Assembly (NCBI GenBank): GCA_964016885.1
Contig: OZ024762.1
Coordinates: 27,590,001 to 27,654,000 of the forward strand
Origin: Eledone cirrhosa
Taxonomy: Eukaryota
DNA: 64,000 nt
Direction: 5' to 3'
Below the pieces are notes generated by a model. The model was given only the letters and a program-made list of their open reading frames with translations, did no database searches and was not told where the DNA came from. Shown piece after piece: positions 39,480 to 53,118 of this stretch. The translations under genes were made by a program, and so were the position numbers. Position 1 is the first letter of the stretch, and each line of letters opens with the position of its first letter.

Positions 39480-42020
39480 TTTAACAATGTCATTTATTTA
39501 TCTATTTATATATTTAATTATTGTCTATTACCGGTTTCTGCATTTATATGCATTATCAAATGATAGTGAAATGTATTAGTGTGGTGTCGCACATGTTAAA
39601 CAGAAGGTGCAGAAAGAATAAAGAACCACAAAAAATTAACTCTAATTTGTCAATAATCACCAACAAACTAAACTCTACAACTGAAGAAACAATCCCCAAA
39701 TACACATCCTATGAAATCAACGACAATATCAATAACTTATGTGAAACAATAAAAACACACCTGAATAACAACACAAACCCTATTCAAACGAACGAAAATA
39801 CACATGACACTAATACACTTACACCTTACCAAATAAAAAGCAAATTAATACCACAATGGTACACATCTCTTAATAACAGGAAATTCTCCTTTTGGAAGAT
39901 GATACAAAACGGAGATCTATGAAAAATGGATTAACTCTTCCCCATTAATCATCCCCCGAAAACTACAAATTAAATCCATCCCAAACGAACCAGAGACACA
40001 AAGACACCTCAGGGAAAGAATGGCACTTGATAACATAAAAACTGAAATTGAACTCCTTAAATTGAGAGCCCAAGCAAATGAAGATAGGATCAAATCAATC
40101 GACGATGAGATTAATCTAGCAATTATCAATAAAACCAAAGACACAACCCTAGAAAATATTTCAAAATTATGGTTAGAGGACTGTAATAAAGAAGAATTAA
40201 AATTCCTTCAACGTTGGGAAATAAACGAAACCTGGTTCTCTAACTATGAAACACTTTTCCAAAAAGAACACACATCCAAGAACCCCTTCATTAAAACCAT
40301 AATAACAAGAAAGCTCAATCAACACCCAAACAACACACAACAACCAACAACAACAAAAAAACAATACCTCCCCACATACCAACAAAAGAAGGCATCACCT
40401 CGCCCCTACCTCCTACACCCTCCACACAACTTTCACACGGACTCCCAAGCAACAAATATAGTAATAGAGAAACATCAGCTTCAAGATAGACACTACAACT
40501 TCTCTCCTACCAGGAGAAACCATAAAACCCCCACATTTACAACCCCCCTAACATCCTCACACAACAAACCCACAACCATCATTACTTCCAACATAGAACC
40601 CAAAATACCCAACTACCCCACATGTCACACAGGGCCTCACAACCACACACCAGCTATAAGGAAACCCTAATCTACACTCCCCCACTTACCACACCCTACT
40701 ACAACAACACCAGCAGGGGACAATACAACCACACCAGACACCCTAACCACTACAACCACCATAGCTACACACCATATAACAGCAACAACAGGACTCAATA
40801 TGAACACACAAGACAACCTTACTACAACTACCACCAAGTCTACACACCCTATAACAACAGCAGTGCTCAATACAACCACACGATACAACCTAAACTCAAC
40901 AACCACCACAGCTACACACTATCTTACAACAACAGCAGGAGCCAATACAACTATAAGAGACATCCAAACTTCAACAGCCATCACAACTTCCGTAATCATT
41001 TTTTAGACACAGCACACAGACACAGGATCACAAGATAACACAAAACACACAGGAGACACAAAATGCAATAAAAATTATCAATTTAACCTCCAAAGAATTA
41101 ACAACAGACCAAATCAACATACTCTCCAAAGGTCTAAAATTTACACCAACTCCCCAACAACCAAACTACCCCGAAATGAAGGAAGATATTGCAGAATTCT
41201 GTAGAAAACTAAGACTCAGCGAACAACTATACAACAAATACAATGAGGATGACTCAATAGCCAGAAATAGAAGCAACTATACCCCACCAAAAGGCAAGAA
41301 TAAATTCCTCGATCAATTCTGCGAACACATTACTAATTACCCATACCACCACCTACACAGGCATAAACAAAAACCAAACCTAAGCAAAAAAGAATGGAAT
41401 GGTCTCAACAGTCTAAAAAACGACAAAACCCTAACAATCAAAGAGGCAGATAAAGGGAGTGCAGTAGTCCTTATGGAGACAGATTATTACACAACTCTAG
41501 TACTCTCAACTCTAGAAAACCAAACATATTATGAAAAGGCCCAACACTCAACACAACAGAAAATAATGAGAAACCTAAAATCCCTAACAACCCTTTACAA
41601 AGAAGGCCTTACAGACAAGGAATACAACTACATCACCAATTTCAAAAGCAGAACCAGTCTCTTCTACGGTATCCCCAAGACACACAAAAGCGAAGTAATA
41701 GGCAGGGCCTGCAAGCAAGCCACAGACATTTACATCAATATAGCCCCTCCTGATGACCTTAAATTAAGACCCATAATAGCAGGCAGCACATGTGAAACCC
41801 ATCGCCTAAGCAACTTCCTAGATATTCTGCTTAAACCTTTCCTAAAACATATAAAAAGCTTCATAAGGGACGACCTTGACATGCTCAACCACCTCCCAAC
41901 AACACTCAATAACCAACATACCCTACTAGCAACCTTTGATGTCATCAATTTATATTCCAGTATCCCACACAACCTAGGTATAGAGGCAATACAATTCTGG
42001 ATGGAAAATTTCCCTAGTGA
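39480..42020 (+). mobile_element. 3'-truncated Penelope-like element: upstream coding region plus RT N-terminal half
   Basis: IINLTSKELT..LSKGLKFTPTP (~41075), IKEADKGSAVV, FYGIPKTHK, LRPIIAG, TFDVINLYSSIPH; breaks off before the DD motif. Confidence 0.85.
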
Positions 42021-42063
42021 ACCTCTTAAGATCCTCTTTCTGCTATATCAAGCGTTAACCTAA
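41176..42063 (+). pseudogene. Truncated PLE reverse transcriptase
   Basis: DKG motif and RT motifs 1, 2 and A present; homology ends near 42020. Confidence 0.8.
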
Positions 42064-42116
42064 TATATTCCGGTCATATACTGTACCAATTGTGTTGTTA
42101 TTTCTGTTTACCTTTT

Positions 42117-42168
<52 letters not shown>

Positions 42169-42286
42169 CGTGAAGACTAAAATCCGAAGAGGGCTCGATA
42201 AGGATTATATATATATAAATATATATAAAAACCGTAGACCAAATATTTATAAATTAAAAGATTAAAGTTTAAGCAAAGAATCCCTG

Positions 42287-42329
<43 letters not shown>

Positions 42330-42424
42330 AGTGTAACGTGCAGTTATTGTAGATTCACCCGAGTAAGCACTCGATGCGTAGATTCCCATCTGTAACGAGG
42401 TGTAGAATTACGCAGAGTCTAAAT

Positions 42425-42640
42425 ATAATAATAAAAGGACGATTTTTTATGTCTTCATTATGTTTATTGAGTAGTGTCGCGCATTTCGCTATTGATCAGC
42501 TCAAGGTCCGACGAGCTTTTGATTCCAGAGTTCGGTTAGATCGATATAAATCAAACTTTGAGCTGCTCAATAGTGAAACGCGTGTCACTACTCAATAAAC
42601 GTAATGAAGACATAAGTAATCGTCCTTTTATTATTATTAT
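42425..42640. mobile_element. Fold-back pLTR-like module with HHR variant
   Basis: Arms 42425-42505 / 42557-42640; family shared with 54000-54143. Confidence 0.75.
42504..42589 (+). ncRNA. Hammerhead variant (CCGACGA core, long stem II)
   Basis: ggt CCGACGA gct..[~55 nt]..agt GAAA cgcgtg TC act. Confidence 0.5.
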
Positions 42641-45154
42641 ATATATATATTGAGTATATGTTGGTGGCTTACATCACGATGGGCTCCAGCGACTCCGCAC
42701 AGGTAACGGACCTGGTTGGGCTCTTCCTGCTGAAGCAGATAAAAGATGAAATCCCCTGCCTAGGCGTCGGATTATATCGTGACGATGCTCTCTTCACAGT
42801 CTATGACCACAGCACCACTATGGTGGAGAGAATGAAGAGGCATATTCGCCATTTCTTTAAGAACCAGGGGCTCAGTATCGAAGTAGACCCAAATAGAAAG
42901 GTAGTTAACTTCCTAGACACCACCCTAAACCTGAACACCGAGCAATACTACCCCTACCTAAGCCCAACGAGAAACTTGTGTATGTTAACGCCAAGTCAAA
43001 CCACCCTAGATCCATAACCAAAGCCGTGGTGAAGAGTGTCTCGGACAGGATCTCCAGCCTGTCCGCAAATAAATAAATCTTCTATAGCAACGCAGAATAT
43101 TACAAAGCAGTTCTAAATAAGGCGGCACATGGCCAAAATATTTCATATAGTCCGAAGCGCCGGGATGGGGATGGCCCAACGGACGCCCCCACCAACGTTG
43201 TCCGGCAGGGGGCGAACCCTAACAATACAGGCAGGATGGAAACAACTAAGCACCATGAGCCCGTCACCAACACATGGGCGAGGGTGACGAGTACGCATAA
43301 CCATGGGAGGAAACCCAATACGAGTAGCTGTATCGGGGTGATACCAACCACCCCGGGGCCGACGCCCCCAACCGCAAGACACGTGGGTGGGGTGGGGGGA
43401 CCGTCCCATCGTGAAGCTCCCAGCGCGGGCAATAACCACCACCCCACAGATTCGGGCCGAGAAGGTAGCAAAACACATAGCTCCCAAGGGGGAAGCAGCA
43501 GTGCGGGAACCACTTGCAACCCAACAACTCCCCAACAGCCCACGGCGCGCTCAACCCACCCACATAGTAGTAGACGCAGAAAAATCACGTGGTACAACCC
43601 ACCCTACTCAGCGGCCCTAAAGAACATTGGCCCGCTCATTCTTTGGAGCACTTGATAAATGCTTCCCGAGGGACCATAGATACCACAAGATCTTCAACAG
43701 ACACACTGTGAAGCTCTCGTATTCTACCACGAGGAATCTGGCCCAACACTTAGCTACCATCAACAGGAGTAGACTTAAAAACCACACACAACCAGAAGCT
43801 GGCAATTTAAGCACCCAGCAGAACCATGGGGAAGGAAAGAAGCGTGGACCCAGTGCCCACCCAGGAAACTCAAACAGACCCAGGGACCCCCCCCCCCCCT
43901 CCACCGGGTCTGGGGGAAGACCACCATATAACACGTAACGGGAACCCCACACTAGGCACGCAGGGGTCCACCGCCTTCTGCAACTGCAGAAACCCTGAAT
44001 TATGCCCCCTTAGTAATGAATGCCTTAGGAAGAACCTAGTATACGGATGTAGAGGGAAAAACCCCAACTCTGAACACCTTTATATAGGAGCCTCATCAAC
44101 GAGCTTTAAAGACCGATGGTATACCCATCGCCATTCCTTCAATAGGGAGGACAAAAGGAAAAGTACGGCTCTTTCCGAACTGATCTGGAAGCTTAAGCTG
44201 GACAGGACCCGGTACTCTCTGGCCTGGTCCATAATCAGGAAAGTACCACCTGATAAAGGGGGATCTGGCATCTGCAAACTATGTCTGAGCGAGACCCTCG
44301 AGATACTAAGAGGTGGAAGCAGATTAATAAACCTCAGGACCGACTTCTTCGGGACATGTAGACACCTCAGGGCCGGGACCTTCCTCAAGCTATATGGACA
44401 GTAACAACACCATAGGTTGGGAACTCCCCTCAAGCTATAGGGACCCATCCGGGACGTGCAGACACCTCAGGGCCGGGACCTTCCTCAAGCTATATGGATA
44501 ATAACAAAACATTGGGATGGGACTTCCCTCTAGCTTTAAAGACAGCAGCCCCACCATACCACTGCCCCGATCGACCCCTGTGACAACACATACCTATGCA
44601 TATGTCCATACATAGATACTGTTATTTAAGATTGTACATGCACAGATACTTGCATGTGTGGGTGTGGGTGGGGGTGTGCGTGGGCATGTAGGTGTGTGGG
44701 TGTGCGTCTGTGTATGCGGGTGTGGGTGTGTGGATTTAGAGTGTGTGTGTGTATGTGTGTGTGTGGGGGGTGTGGGGTGCTTTGGGGATGCACCTGGGCC
44801 TGTGCTTGGAACGATGTGAGTTGACATACACGCATATGAGCTCCATGCCAAAATGGGAACTGTAGTCCTCTGCATTTCCGGATTTTGACACTCGGGTTAT
44901 GGGGTAGTACACTCCACCCTTGCCTCATTTGCTCTTAAAACGTACCACACCATGATAGTCTGAAGAGTGATTCTGACACAGCCTTTCTAATTCTGTCAAC
45001 ATCTTCCAAATCTTTTTAACTTTGAGATTGGTTATAACACACACACATTTTATTTGATTATCTTATTTTATTCTTTTATCATCTTATTCCTTCTACCATT
45101 TTATCATTTTTTTGTTTGTTTATTTATTTGCTTATATTATTTTACTTTATCTTA

Positions 45155-45340
45155 GCGGTGGATTGGCAGTATCGGTAGAGGGTCGGACGCCATGCTTTCA
45201 AGCATAGTTATGTCCCTTTACGATCTGAGTTCAAATCCCGCCGAGGTTGATTTTGCCTTTCATCCTTACGGGGTCGATAAAATAAAGTACCAGTAATGCA
45301 CTGGTTAATTGCTGGCCTTGTGCCTAAAGTAGAAACAATT
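45155..45340 (+). mobile_element. SINE family 1 inserted in the PLE 3' UTR
   Basis: Near-identical to 18386-18572; flanked by an attattttactttatctta direct repeat (TSD). Confidence 0.88.
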
Positions 45341-45734
45341 ATTTTACTTTATCTTATTCTATTTTATTTTACTCTACTTTACTTTTTATTTCTTTATTTT
45401 ATTCTTATTTTTTAGTCTTTTACCTTTCCATTTCATTTTATTGTTCTCTTCATTTTTTTAATTTTATTTTCCTCATTTTATTGCCTGTTATTTACTGTAT
45501 CTTATTTCTTCATATGCTTGGCACAATTTCTATAGACTTTTGACTGAGGAATGTTCTCACAACTGACCAATGGGGGAAAGGATGTCCTTTGTCGCTGAAA
45601 TCCGTTTGTTTGAATTCATATGATTCCAGTTCCTCAGAGAAATAACAACCCAACCAGGAACTGGGCATATCAGAGTATTGACGAAGGTAAACACCTCAAT
45701 AACATGTGGACTCATCTCTACCACACTAATTCGG

Positions 45735-45789
45735 ACTGTCTGAAGAGGTGACAGCCAAAGATGGCTGTCACCGAAATATATATAGCAGT
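45735..45789 (+). ncRNA. Hammerhead ribozyme at the PLE 3' end
   Basis: actgt CTGAAGA ggtgacagcca-aaga-tggctgtcacc GAAA tatata TA gcagt; perfect 11-bp stem II. Confidence 0.9.
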
Positions 45790-45850
45790 AATAAACGAAG
45801 CCAAATTTTAAATATTTGACTTGTTTATTTTATTTTATTTTATTTTATTT

Positions 45851-46145
<295 letters not shown>

Positions 46146-46147
46146 TG

Positions 46148-46350
46148 TACGAGGGTCGGCTGAAAAGTATATAGGCTGATCAAGACACTATCATTGAATG
46201 ACCAAATGAGATTTATTTTTTCAACAGAAACCCTGGAAATATAATTGCACTTATTAATAGAAAGACTTGAAATTAAAGCATGAAGGATTTCAGTGCTCTA
46301 GCATCATTCTTTCCTAGTCAGCCTATGAATTTTCTGCCCACCACCCCATA
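46148..46350. mobile_element. Mariner-derived MITE
   Basis: TIRs tacgagggtcggctgaaaagtatataggctga / tcagcctatgaattttctgcccacc; TA ends. Confidence 0.6.
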
Positions 46351-46490
46351 TATATATATAAAGGGTATGAAATTGAAAATGCAACTGGAGTCTTTTAAGA
46401 ATATTTATTTAGTTTACCGATTTCAAAGTTCTTATGATTATCAAAAGTAAAATTGAGATGGAGGGTTTGTGTTTTTGTTGTAGTGTGTCC

Positions 46491-47030
<540 letters not shown>

Positions 47031-47034
47031 AAAG

Positions 47035-47195
47035 GACGGTGGATTGGCAGTACGGTAGAGTTACGGCCCTTTGTGGTCTGAGTTCAAATCCTGCCGAGGT
47101 TAACTTTGCTTTTCATCCTTACGGGGTCGATAAAATAAAATACCAGTAATACACTGGGATAATTGCTTGCCTTGTGCCAAAAGTAGAAACAATTA
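47035..47195 (+). mobile_element. SINE family 1 (deleted)
   Basis: ggtggattggcag, gagttcaaatcc and core motif present. Confidence 0.8.
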
Positions 47196-47394
47196 TATAT
47201 ATATATCGAGCTTGTTGTAGCTGTTCTTTTCGTTCTTGGTGTTGTTGTTGTTGTGAAAGGAACGCCACAAGTTCACTAACTTTCCCCAGCTTTGTTACAT
47301 GCATTTCAAAACTCAAAAGAAAGAAAAAAAGGGAATAAATAAAGAAAAATTAGGAAGATTTTTTTCTCTCCCTAATTATCTTCCGCCTACCAGA

Positions 47395-47520
47395 AAGGGA
47401 GACAGACAGACAGAGAGAGAGGGAAGAAAGAAAGACAGAGAGAGAGGAGAGAGAGAGAAAGGCACAGAGACAGACAGAGGAAAGAAATAAAGGCAGACAG
47501 AGAGAAAGATAGATCGACTG

Positions 47521-47583
<63 letters not shown>

Positions 47584-47625
47584 GGAAAGAAAGAAAGGAA
47601 TACAGACAGAGAGAGAGAGCCACAC

Positions 47626-47660
<35 letters not shown>

Positions 47661-47674
47661 AGAGACAGACCGAA

Positions 47675-47717
<43 letters not shown>

Positions 47718-47880
47718 AAGATAGAGAGAGAGAGAGAGAAAGAGAGAGAGACAGAGAGAGAGATAGCCATACAGACAGACATAGAGAGAGAGAGTGAGAG
47801 AGACACAGACAGAAAGAAAGAGAGAGAGAGAAGCAAACAAACAAAAAGAAGAAAGAAAGAATGAAGGAAAGAGAGAGAAA
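47395..47880. repeat. (GA)n/(GACA)n low-complexity tract
   Basis: Directly visible. Confidence 0.9.
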
Positions 47881-48227
47881 TCGTTGGAATGTTGGTGACA
47901 TTCAATAGAATCAGAACTATATTGATTGGTTGTAACATGGTTCTCTTTGTTGGTTATTTACCATATATATCATTGTCATCGGCATCAGCATCGTCGTCGT
48001 CATCGGCATCAACATCCTCGTCATCGTCGTAGTCGGCAGCATCATCATCATCAGCATCGGTATTATCATCATCGTCATCATCGTCATCAACATTGTCGTC
48101 GACGTCGTTGTCGTTCTCTCTCTTCATTTGTCTGATATATTTACACACACACATATATAAACATACGCACACACACTCACATATATATAGATATAAAGAG
48201 AGAGAGAGGGGGATGTGTGTGTGTTTT

Positions 48228-48519
<292 letters not shown>

Positions 48520-48544
48520 ATATATATGTGTATATATACATACA

Positions 48545-49200
48545 ACCTCAGTCTCCTCTGTGTTACTTTTGAGCTGACTTTTGGGATGCTCCCATACAGC
48601 TCTGAGTTTTTCATCCTCAGTGTATACTGATTAATGTTCAGAGCCATCCTCAGCATTCTCGTGTAGCACCCATCCACCATCTGAGTGAGTCTCTTGGTCA
48701 GTGTCCAAGTCTCAGACCCATACAGCAGCACAGACTCCACTACAGCAATGAAGAGGCGGATTTTCAGGTCTCTACGAAGGTCCGACTTCCACACCGATCT
48801 CAAGCTGTGACACGCCGCCCAGGCCTTGCTCTTCCTCTCAACCACATCATCTTCCGTATTCCCAATCCTTGCTCCCAAATACAGGAAGTCCTCAACCAAT
48901 TCCAGCGGCTTCCCGCCTACATTAGTGATCCTCTCTGGCTTCTCAACATTCTCTACCAGATATTTTGTTTTAGTCTCATTCATTCTCAGCCCCTGTTGAC
49001 ATTGCACTCAGTGCTCCTTTGGGAGCCCCTACATGGACACACTAGAAGAGGAAGACCAAGGTTAACATATGTTGATGCCCTAAGGACAGACACTGGTCTG
49101 TTGGAGATGCAGGATATGGCAGCGATAATGAGGGACAGAGACCGCTGGAGAGAACTCGTCCATGGATCTCGGGAATTTTACCCGCCTTAGATAGATAGAT
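48545..49200. mobile_element. RTE-clade LINE with 5' inversion: minus segment 48545-~49000, plus 3' end ~49003-49190 with (TAGA)n tail
   Basis: Minus: GLRMNETKTK..FLYLG..LLYGSETWTL..RRLRL; plus: LLWEPLHGHTRRGRPRLTYVD..DRDRWR. Confidence 0.88.
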
Positions 49201-49226
49201 ATACATACAAACACACATGTAAGTAC

Positions 49227-49269
<43 letters not shown>

Positions 49270-49362
49270 GAAAAAATTTTTTTGAACAGGGACAAAACAG
49301 AGAGGCAGTACAATAAATGTTTATTAATTTCACGCTCAGGAGAGTGAGGGGTAGGTGGGGGG

Positions 49363-49392
49363 CGACGTTTCGGGCATAAGCCCTTCCTCAGG
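49363..49392 (-). ncRNA. Minimal hammerhead ribozyme (GAAACGUC type)
   Basis: Minus strand: c CTGAGGA a-gggc-ttat-gccc GAAA cg TC g; stem I largely decayed. Confidence 0.6.
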
Positions 49393-49719
49393 TGAGAAGT
49401 GTGTGGGAACAGAGTTCAAAAGGTGTGTAGGAGAGTGGTGGAGAGACATATAGCGAAAAAAGATAAAAAATATAAAAATAAAGCATGATCAAAATACAAG
49501 GAATGAGAAAATTTAAAAATAAAGGCATGATCAAAATAAACTGAAATTAAAAGAGGGGGGTAAACAGGTGGTGGAAGGGTGTGGGGTGAGTAGGGGTGGT
49601 GGCGGGTGGAGTGGGGAGAGGGAGACGGGGTGTCCGAGCGGGGAGGGCTGAAGGTGGTGTGTGTGTGTAGGTGTGCGTGTGTGTGTGTGTGTGTGATATA
49701 TATATATATATATATATAT

Positions 49720-49852
49720 GAACGAGTAGGACCCCGACGGCTGAGCTCAATCCGTCGGGGTCCTACTCATTCCTATTACCCACTCTACTAGCCTAAGTAT
49801 TGAGTACTTTGGTGCGTTATGGTCCACCTGGTTCCTTACCACATTTCCTTCG

Positions 49853-49855
<3 letters not shown>
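49720..49855. repeat. GC-rich hairpin and pLTR-like fragment related to 35887-35938
   Basis: gagtaggaccccgacgg / ccgtcggggtcctactc IR; ccacctggttccttaccaca is the reverse complement of about 35898-35917. Confidence 0.65.
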
Positions 49856-49888
<33 letters not shown>

Positions 49889-50427
49889 AACATGGGGAGA
49901 AGAATACTGCATGGTTGCACATGGATTACATATTATAAAATTAGTCCCTCATCAGTGATTTGCCAACCTTCATTGGTATTTCATCGCATTAAAAATCAGA
50001 TACCTCAGGTTGGTGCGAGCAATAACTAAAATAAGCTATTGGGACAAGTGAAACGCGTAAAGCGAGTGAGACAAGTAAACAACAGAAGGAAAAGCAAACC
50101 GAAGGTTGGGAAGACAGCAAGCAATCATGATAGTTATCCGATCAGCAGCTGGGTGAATTTCATGAGCGGACCGTACGCCGTGAATGCGGTGTGAGAAAGA
50201 AGGAACCCCACTATTAGCGAACGGGAGGAAGTGAGAAGGGGAGAAACAGAGAGTGAGTGAGTGGAAGTGCGAGGAAGAGGTCAGTCGAGAGAAAGTGTTA
50301 ACTGACAGAGGGGACGAAAGAAGGTAAGAGAAACAGAGAGAACGGGGGAGCAGTAAGAGAGAAAGAGAGAAACAGATAATCGCAGTTTAGGTAAATATAT
50401 ATGAAATACATGGGGAGAAATATATAT

Positions 50428-50497
50428 ATAATTGTTTCTACTTTAGGCACAAGGCCAGAAATTATCCCAGTGCATTACTGGTACTTTATTTTATCGA
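50428..50497 (-). mobile_element. SINE family 1 3' fragment
   Basis: attgtttctactttaggcacaaggcc..ccagtgcattactggtactttattttatcga. Confidence 0.75.
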
Positions 50498-50605
50498 TAT
50501 ATAATGCTGTTGTTATTCTTCTGGTTCCATGGTTCCTTGTATTATGTACGGGGACGGCTGTTGGATATTTCTATCATCTTTTCTTTTATATTTTATATGT
50601 CTTTG

Positions 50606-51243
50606 TACGGCTGTTACTTAAATATAAGTATGTATACGTACATACATATATGTATACAGACGTACAGTAGTATGTATATATATATACATACATGCACACA
50701 TATATATATGTACGTATGGATTCACCGAACATTTATTATAATGCTCGGTGTGTTTGTAAACAAACAACCTGGATTAAGCCGTAGTGTCTAGCAACCATCG
50801 TTGCTCATTTGTTCAACACTGACAAAGGAACGCTGTACTAGTTTCAAGCTTATTAGCTATCGTCAGCAATGTATACCTTCCTGCAAGATGATTGAACGTC
50901 TGAAAGTATATACTTTCCTTATGCATATTAACGGCTGAGCAGCCTAATTTGCATATCGAGTGAGTTAATCGGCCGGAGTACCGAAAACGATAAACGGAAA
51001 AAATGAAACGAAATTCCATTTCTCACTCTTAATACGGCTGTTACTTAAATATAAGTATGTATACGTGTTTAGCAACGGTGGTTGCTAGACACTACGGCTT
51101 AATACGGGATGTTTGTTTACAAACACACCGAGCATTATAATAAATGTTCGATGAATCCATACGTACATGTATATATGTGTGCATGTATGTATATATACAT
51201 GCTACTGTACGTCTGTATACATATATGAATGTACGTATACATA

Positions 51244-51248
<5 letters not shown>
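50606..51248 (-). mobile_element. Retrozyme-like terminally redundant monomer (50606-51066) with inverted 5' piece (51067-51248)
   Basis: Direct repeat tacggctgttacttaaatataagtatgtatacgt at 50606 and 51033; one HHR; homologous to 4218-4827 but circularly permuted. Confidence 0.78.
50831..50871 (-). ncRNA. Minimal hammerhead ribozyme (family of 4570)
   Basis: Minus strand: cattg CTGACGA t-agc-taataa-gct-t GAAA ctag TA cagcg. Confidence 0.72.
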
Positions 51249-51324
<76 letters not shown>

Positions 51325-51327
<3 letters not shown>

Positions 51328-52280
51328 GTGGGTAACAATAAATATTACGTTGGCGGTTGGTGTCATGCGGTGTGGGTCTGGTGTGTGGGTTGTTGTGTTG
51401 TGTTGTGTGTGTGGTTTCGTTCTGGGTTGCGGTGGTGGTTTGTTGTGGGGAAACCATGTGGGGAAACCATGTGTTTTCGTATTTTTGTCCTATTAGTGTG
51501 TGCTATTGTGTGGCCTAGATTTGGTGCTGTGGAGAAAGAGAATTTTACGGTGTGTCTATTGAAGAGCTTGTGATATTTATGTGTGCGGGGAAAAGATTGT
51601 TCGAGAGCCCTAAAGAAGGTTCCCGGTATGTTAGTGGCGACGTGTATAGAATACCATGTGACAGGTCTACTTCGGTTTCTGCGGTGTTTAGTGAGGTCTT
51701 TGTGGTTGGGTGGTAGTTTGTGTGTGTTTTGGTCAGGCGTATGTGTCATAGTGGTTCCAAGTAATCTATTGGCGGTATGTCTTTTGTCTCTATTGGTACG
51801 CAAACGTGTGCAATAGTCGGAGTCGTTATTGGGGTTGGAGAGTATGGCTTTATCTCCTAGGCAGTTATGTGTGGCGCTGTCTGCCCTGTCGGCTACTGAG
51901 GGTCTTAGGTTATTGTTTGTCCTAGGTGTGGAGATTTCTTCTCTGTTCGTTTCTAAGGGTCCGGTTATGTTTAGCGGCGTTTCTGTTCTGTTTGGGTCGA
52001 TGTAAGAAATCTTCTCAGTGTAACCAGCGTTTACAAGTGCGGAGTTGTAGTATTCCGCGTGCTGTTTGAAGATGATTCCATTAGCCGACAGGGTGGACAC
52101 TCTATTGGAGACGCTTTTAACTATTGAGTTAATTATGCTCCTGGGGTGGTTGGAGTGTCTGTTGACGTATTTAAGATTTTCATTAGGTTTGTTGAATGGA
52201 CGGTAGAGGCCTGAGTCTAATTCTAGGGTGACATCTAAAAAGTTTACTATTCTATTGTTAGGTTCAATTTCTACTGCTAA
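51325..52280 (-). mobile_element. Penelope-like element fragment (RT thumb to linker)
   Basis: IVNFLDVTLELDSG (~52210-52255), YNSALVNAGY, VTWYS..FPRTHKYHKLFNRHTVKFSFSTAPNL. Confidence 0.85.
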
Positions 52281-53053
52281 AAATCACATCGCCATACACC
52301 CCTCATCCTTGCAACATTGTGTTCGATCGGTCTTCTATGATAGGTTTTACCTTACAATCCATAGTAACATCGGATCTTGTAAATACAATGTCGATCATAT
52401 CACACCATCTCCACCACCACCACACCACACATCGTCATATGTCTACCATACACACCCGCAACATTATCCCCCCGTGTTCCCTCTGTCTACCCTAAACTAC
52501 AACCCCACGCTAAATTCGACCCTGTAAATGTACTGTCACGCACACACAGCCACCGCCACCACTAGATACATCCACATACTTCAACAATCATTAAGATCAT
52601 TAACATCATCAACACATATTATCCCTCACTCCCAGATCGACTGTATTATATCCCCCCCCCCCCCCCCCCGTCTGCCTTACCCTGTAACACACCGTAACTT
52701 CTGATCATGTAATCATCTTGTCGAACATATCACCCCACCACCACCACCATGACCACAACACACATCGCCATACATCCATAAACTCTTCTCCCCGCGTTCC
52801 CTATGTCACCTTTTAACCTGTAACCCATCGCACCATTCGATCCTGTATATATATTTGTCGCTCACAACTCCACCACCACCACAAGACACAACTCCACCAC
52901 CACCACCACAAGACACAACTCCATACTTCATCAACACCGCCAACACATACCTCCCCTCCCCAACCAACGCAAGTGTGTGTGTCTGTGTGTAAGTATTTTT
53001 TACATATACGGGCGTATAAATATGCGTGCGTGTACGCATATATATGTGCACAC

Positions 53054-53118
<65 letters not shown>

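Larger units (their letters stand above)
42658..45830 (+). mobile_element. 5'-truncated Penelope-like element (RT, long linker, GIY-YIG, 3' UTR ending in HHR and AATAAA), frameshifted
   Basis: ITMGS.DSAQVTDLVG, GLYRDD, VNFLDTTLNL; ITWYNPPYS, IFNRHTVKLSYS; CNCRNPELCPL..CLRKNLVY..LYIGASSTSFKDRW, CKLCLSE; ~90-bp duplication 44349/44450. Confidence 0.92.

Noticed and set aside
44958-45712. Additional HHR-like heptamers in the PLE 3' UTR (44960, 45544, 45678)
   Set aside because: The second core half is missing or mutated; at best decayed relics
47926-48172. Asp-rich / His-Arg-rich ORFs
   Set aside because: Degenerate (CAT/CGT)n repeat
49940-50065. Partial HHR-like pieces (CTGATGA and CTGAGGT on minus; GAAAcgcgTA on plus)
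   Set aside because: The halves do not assemble into one motif on one strand
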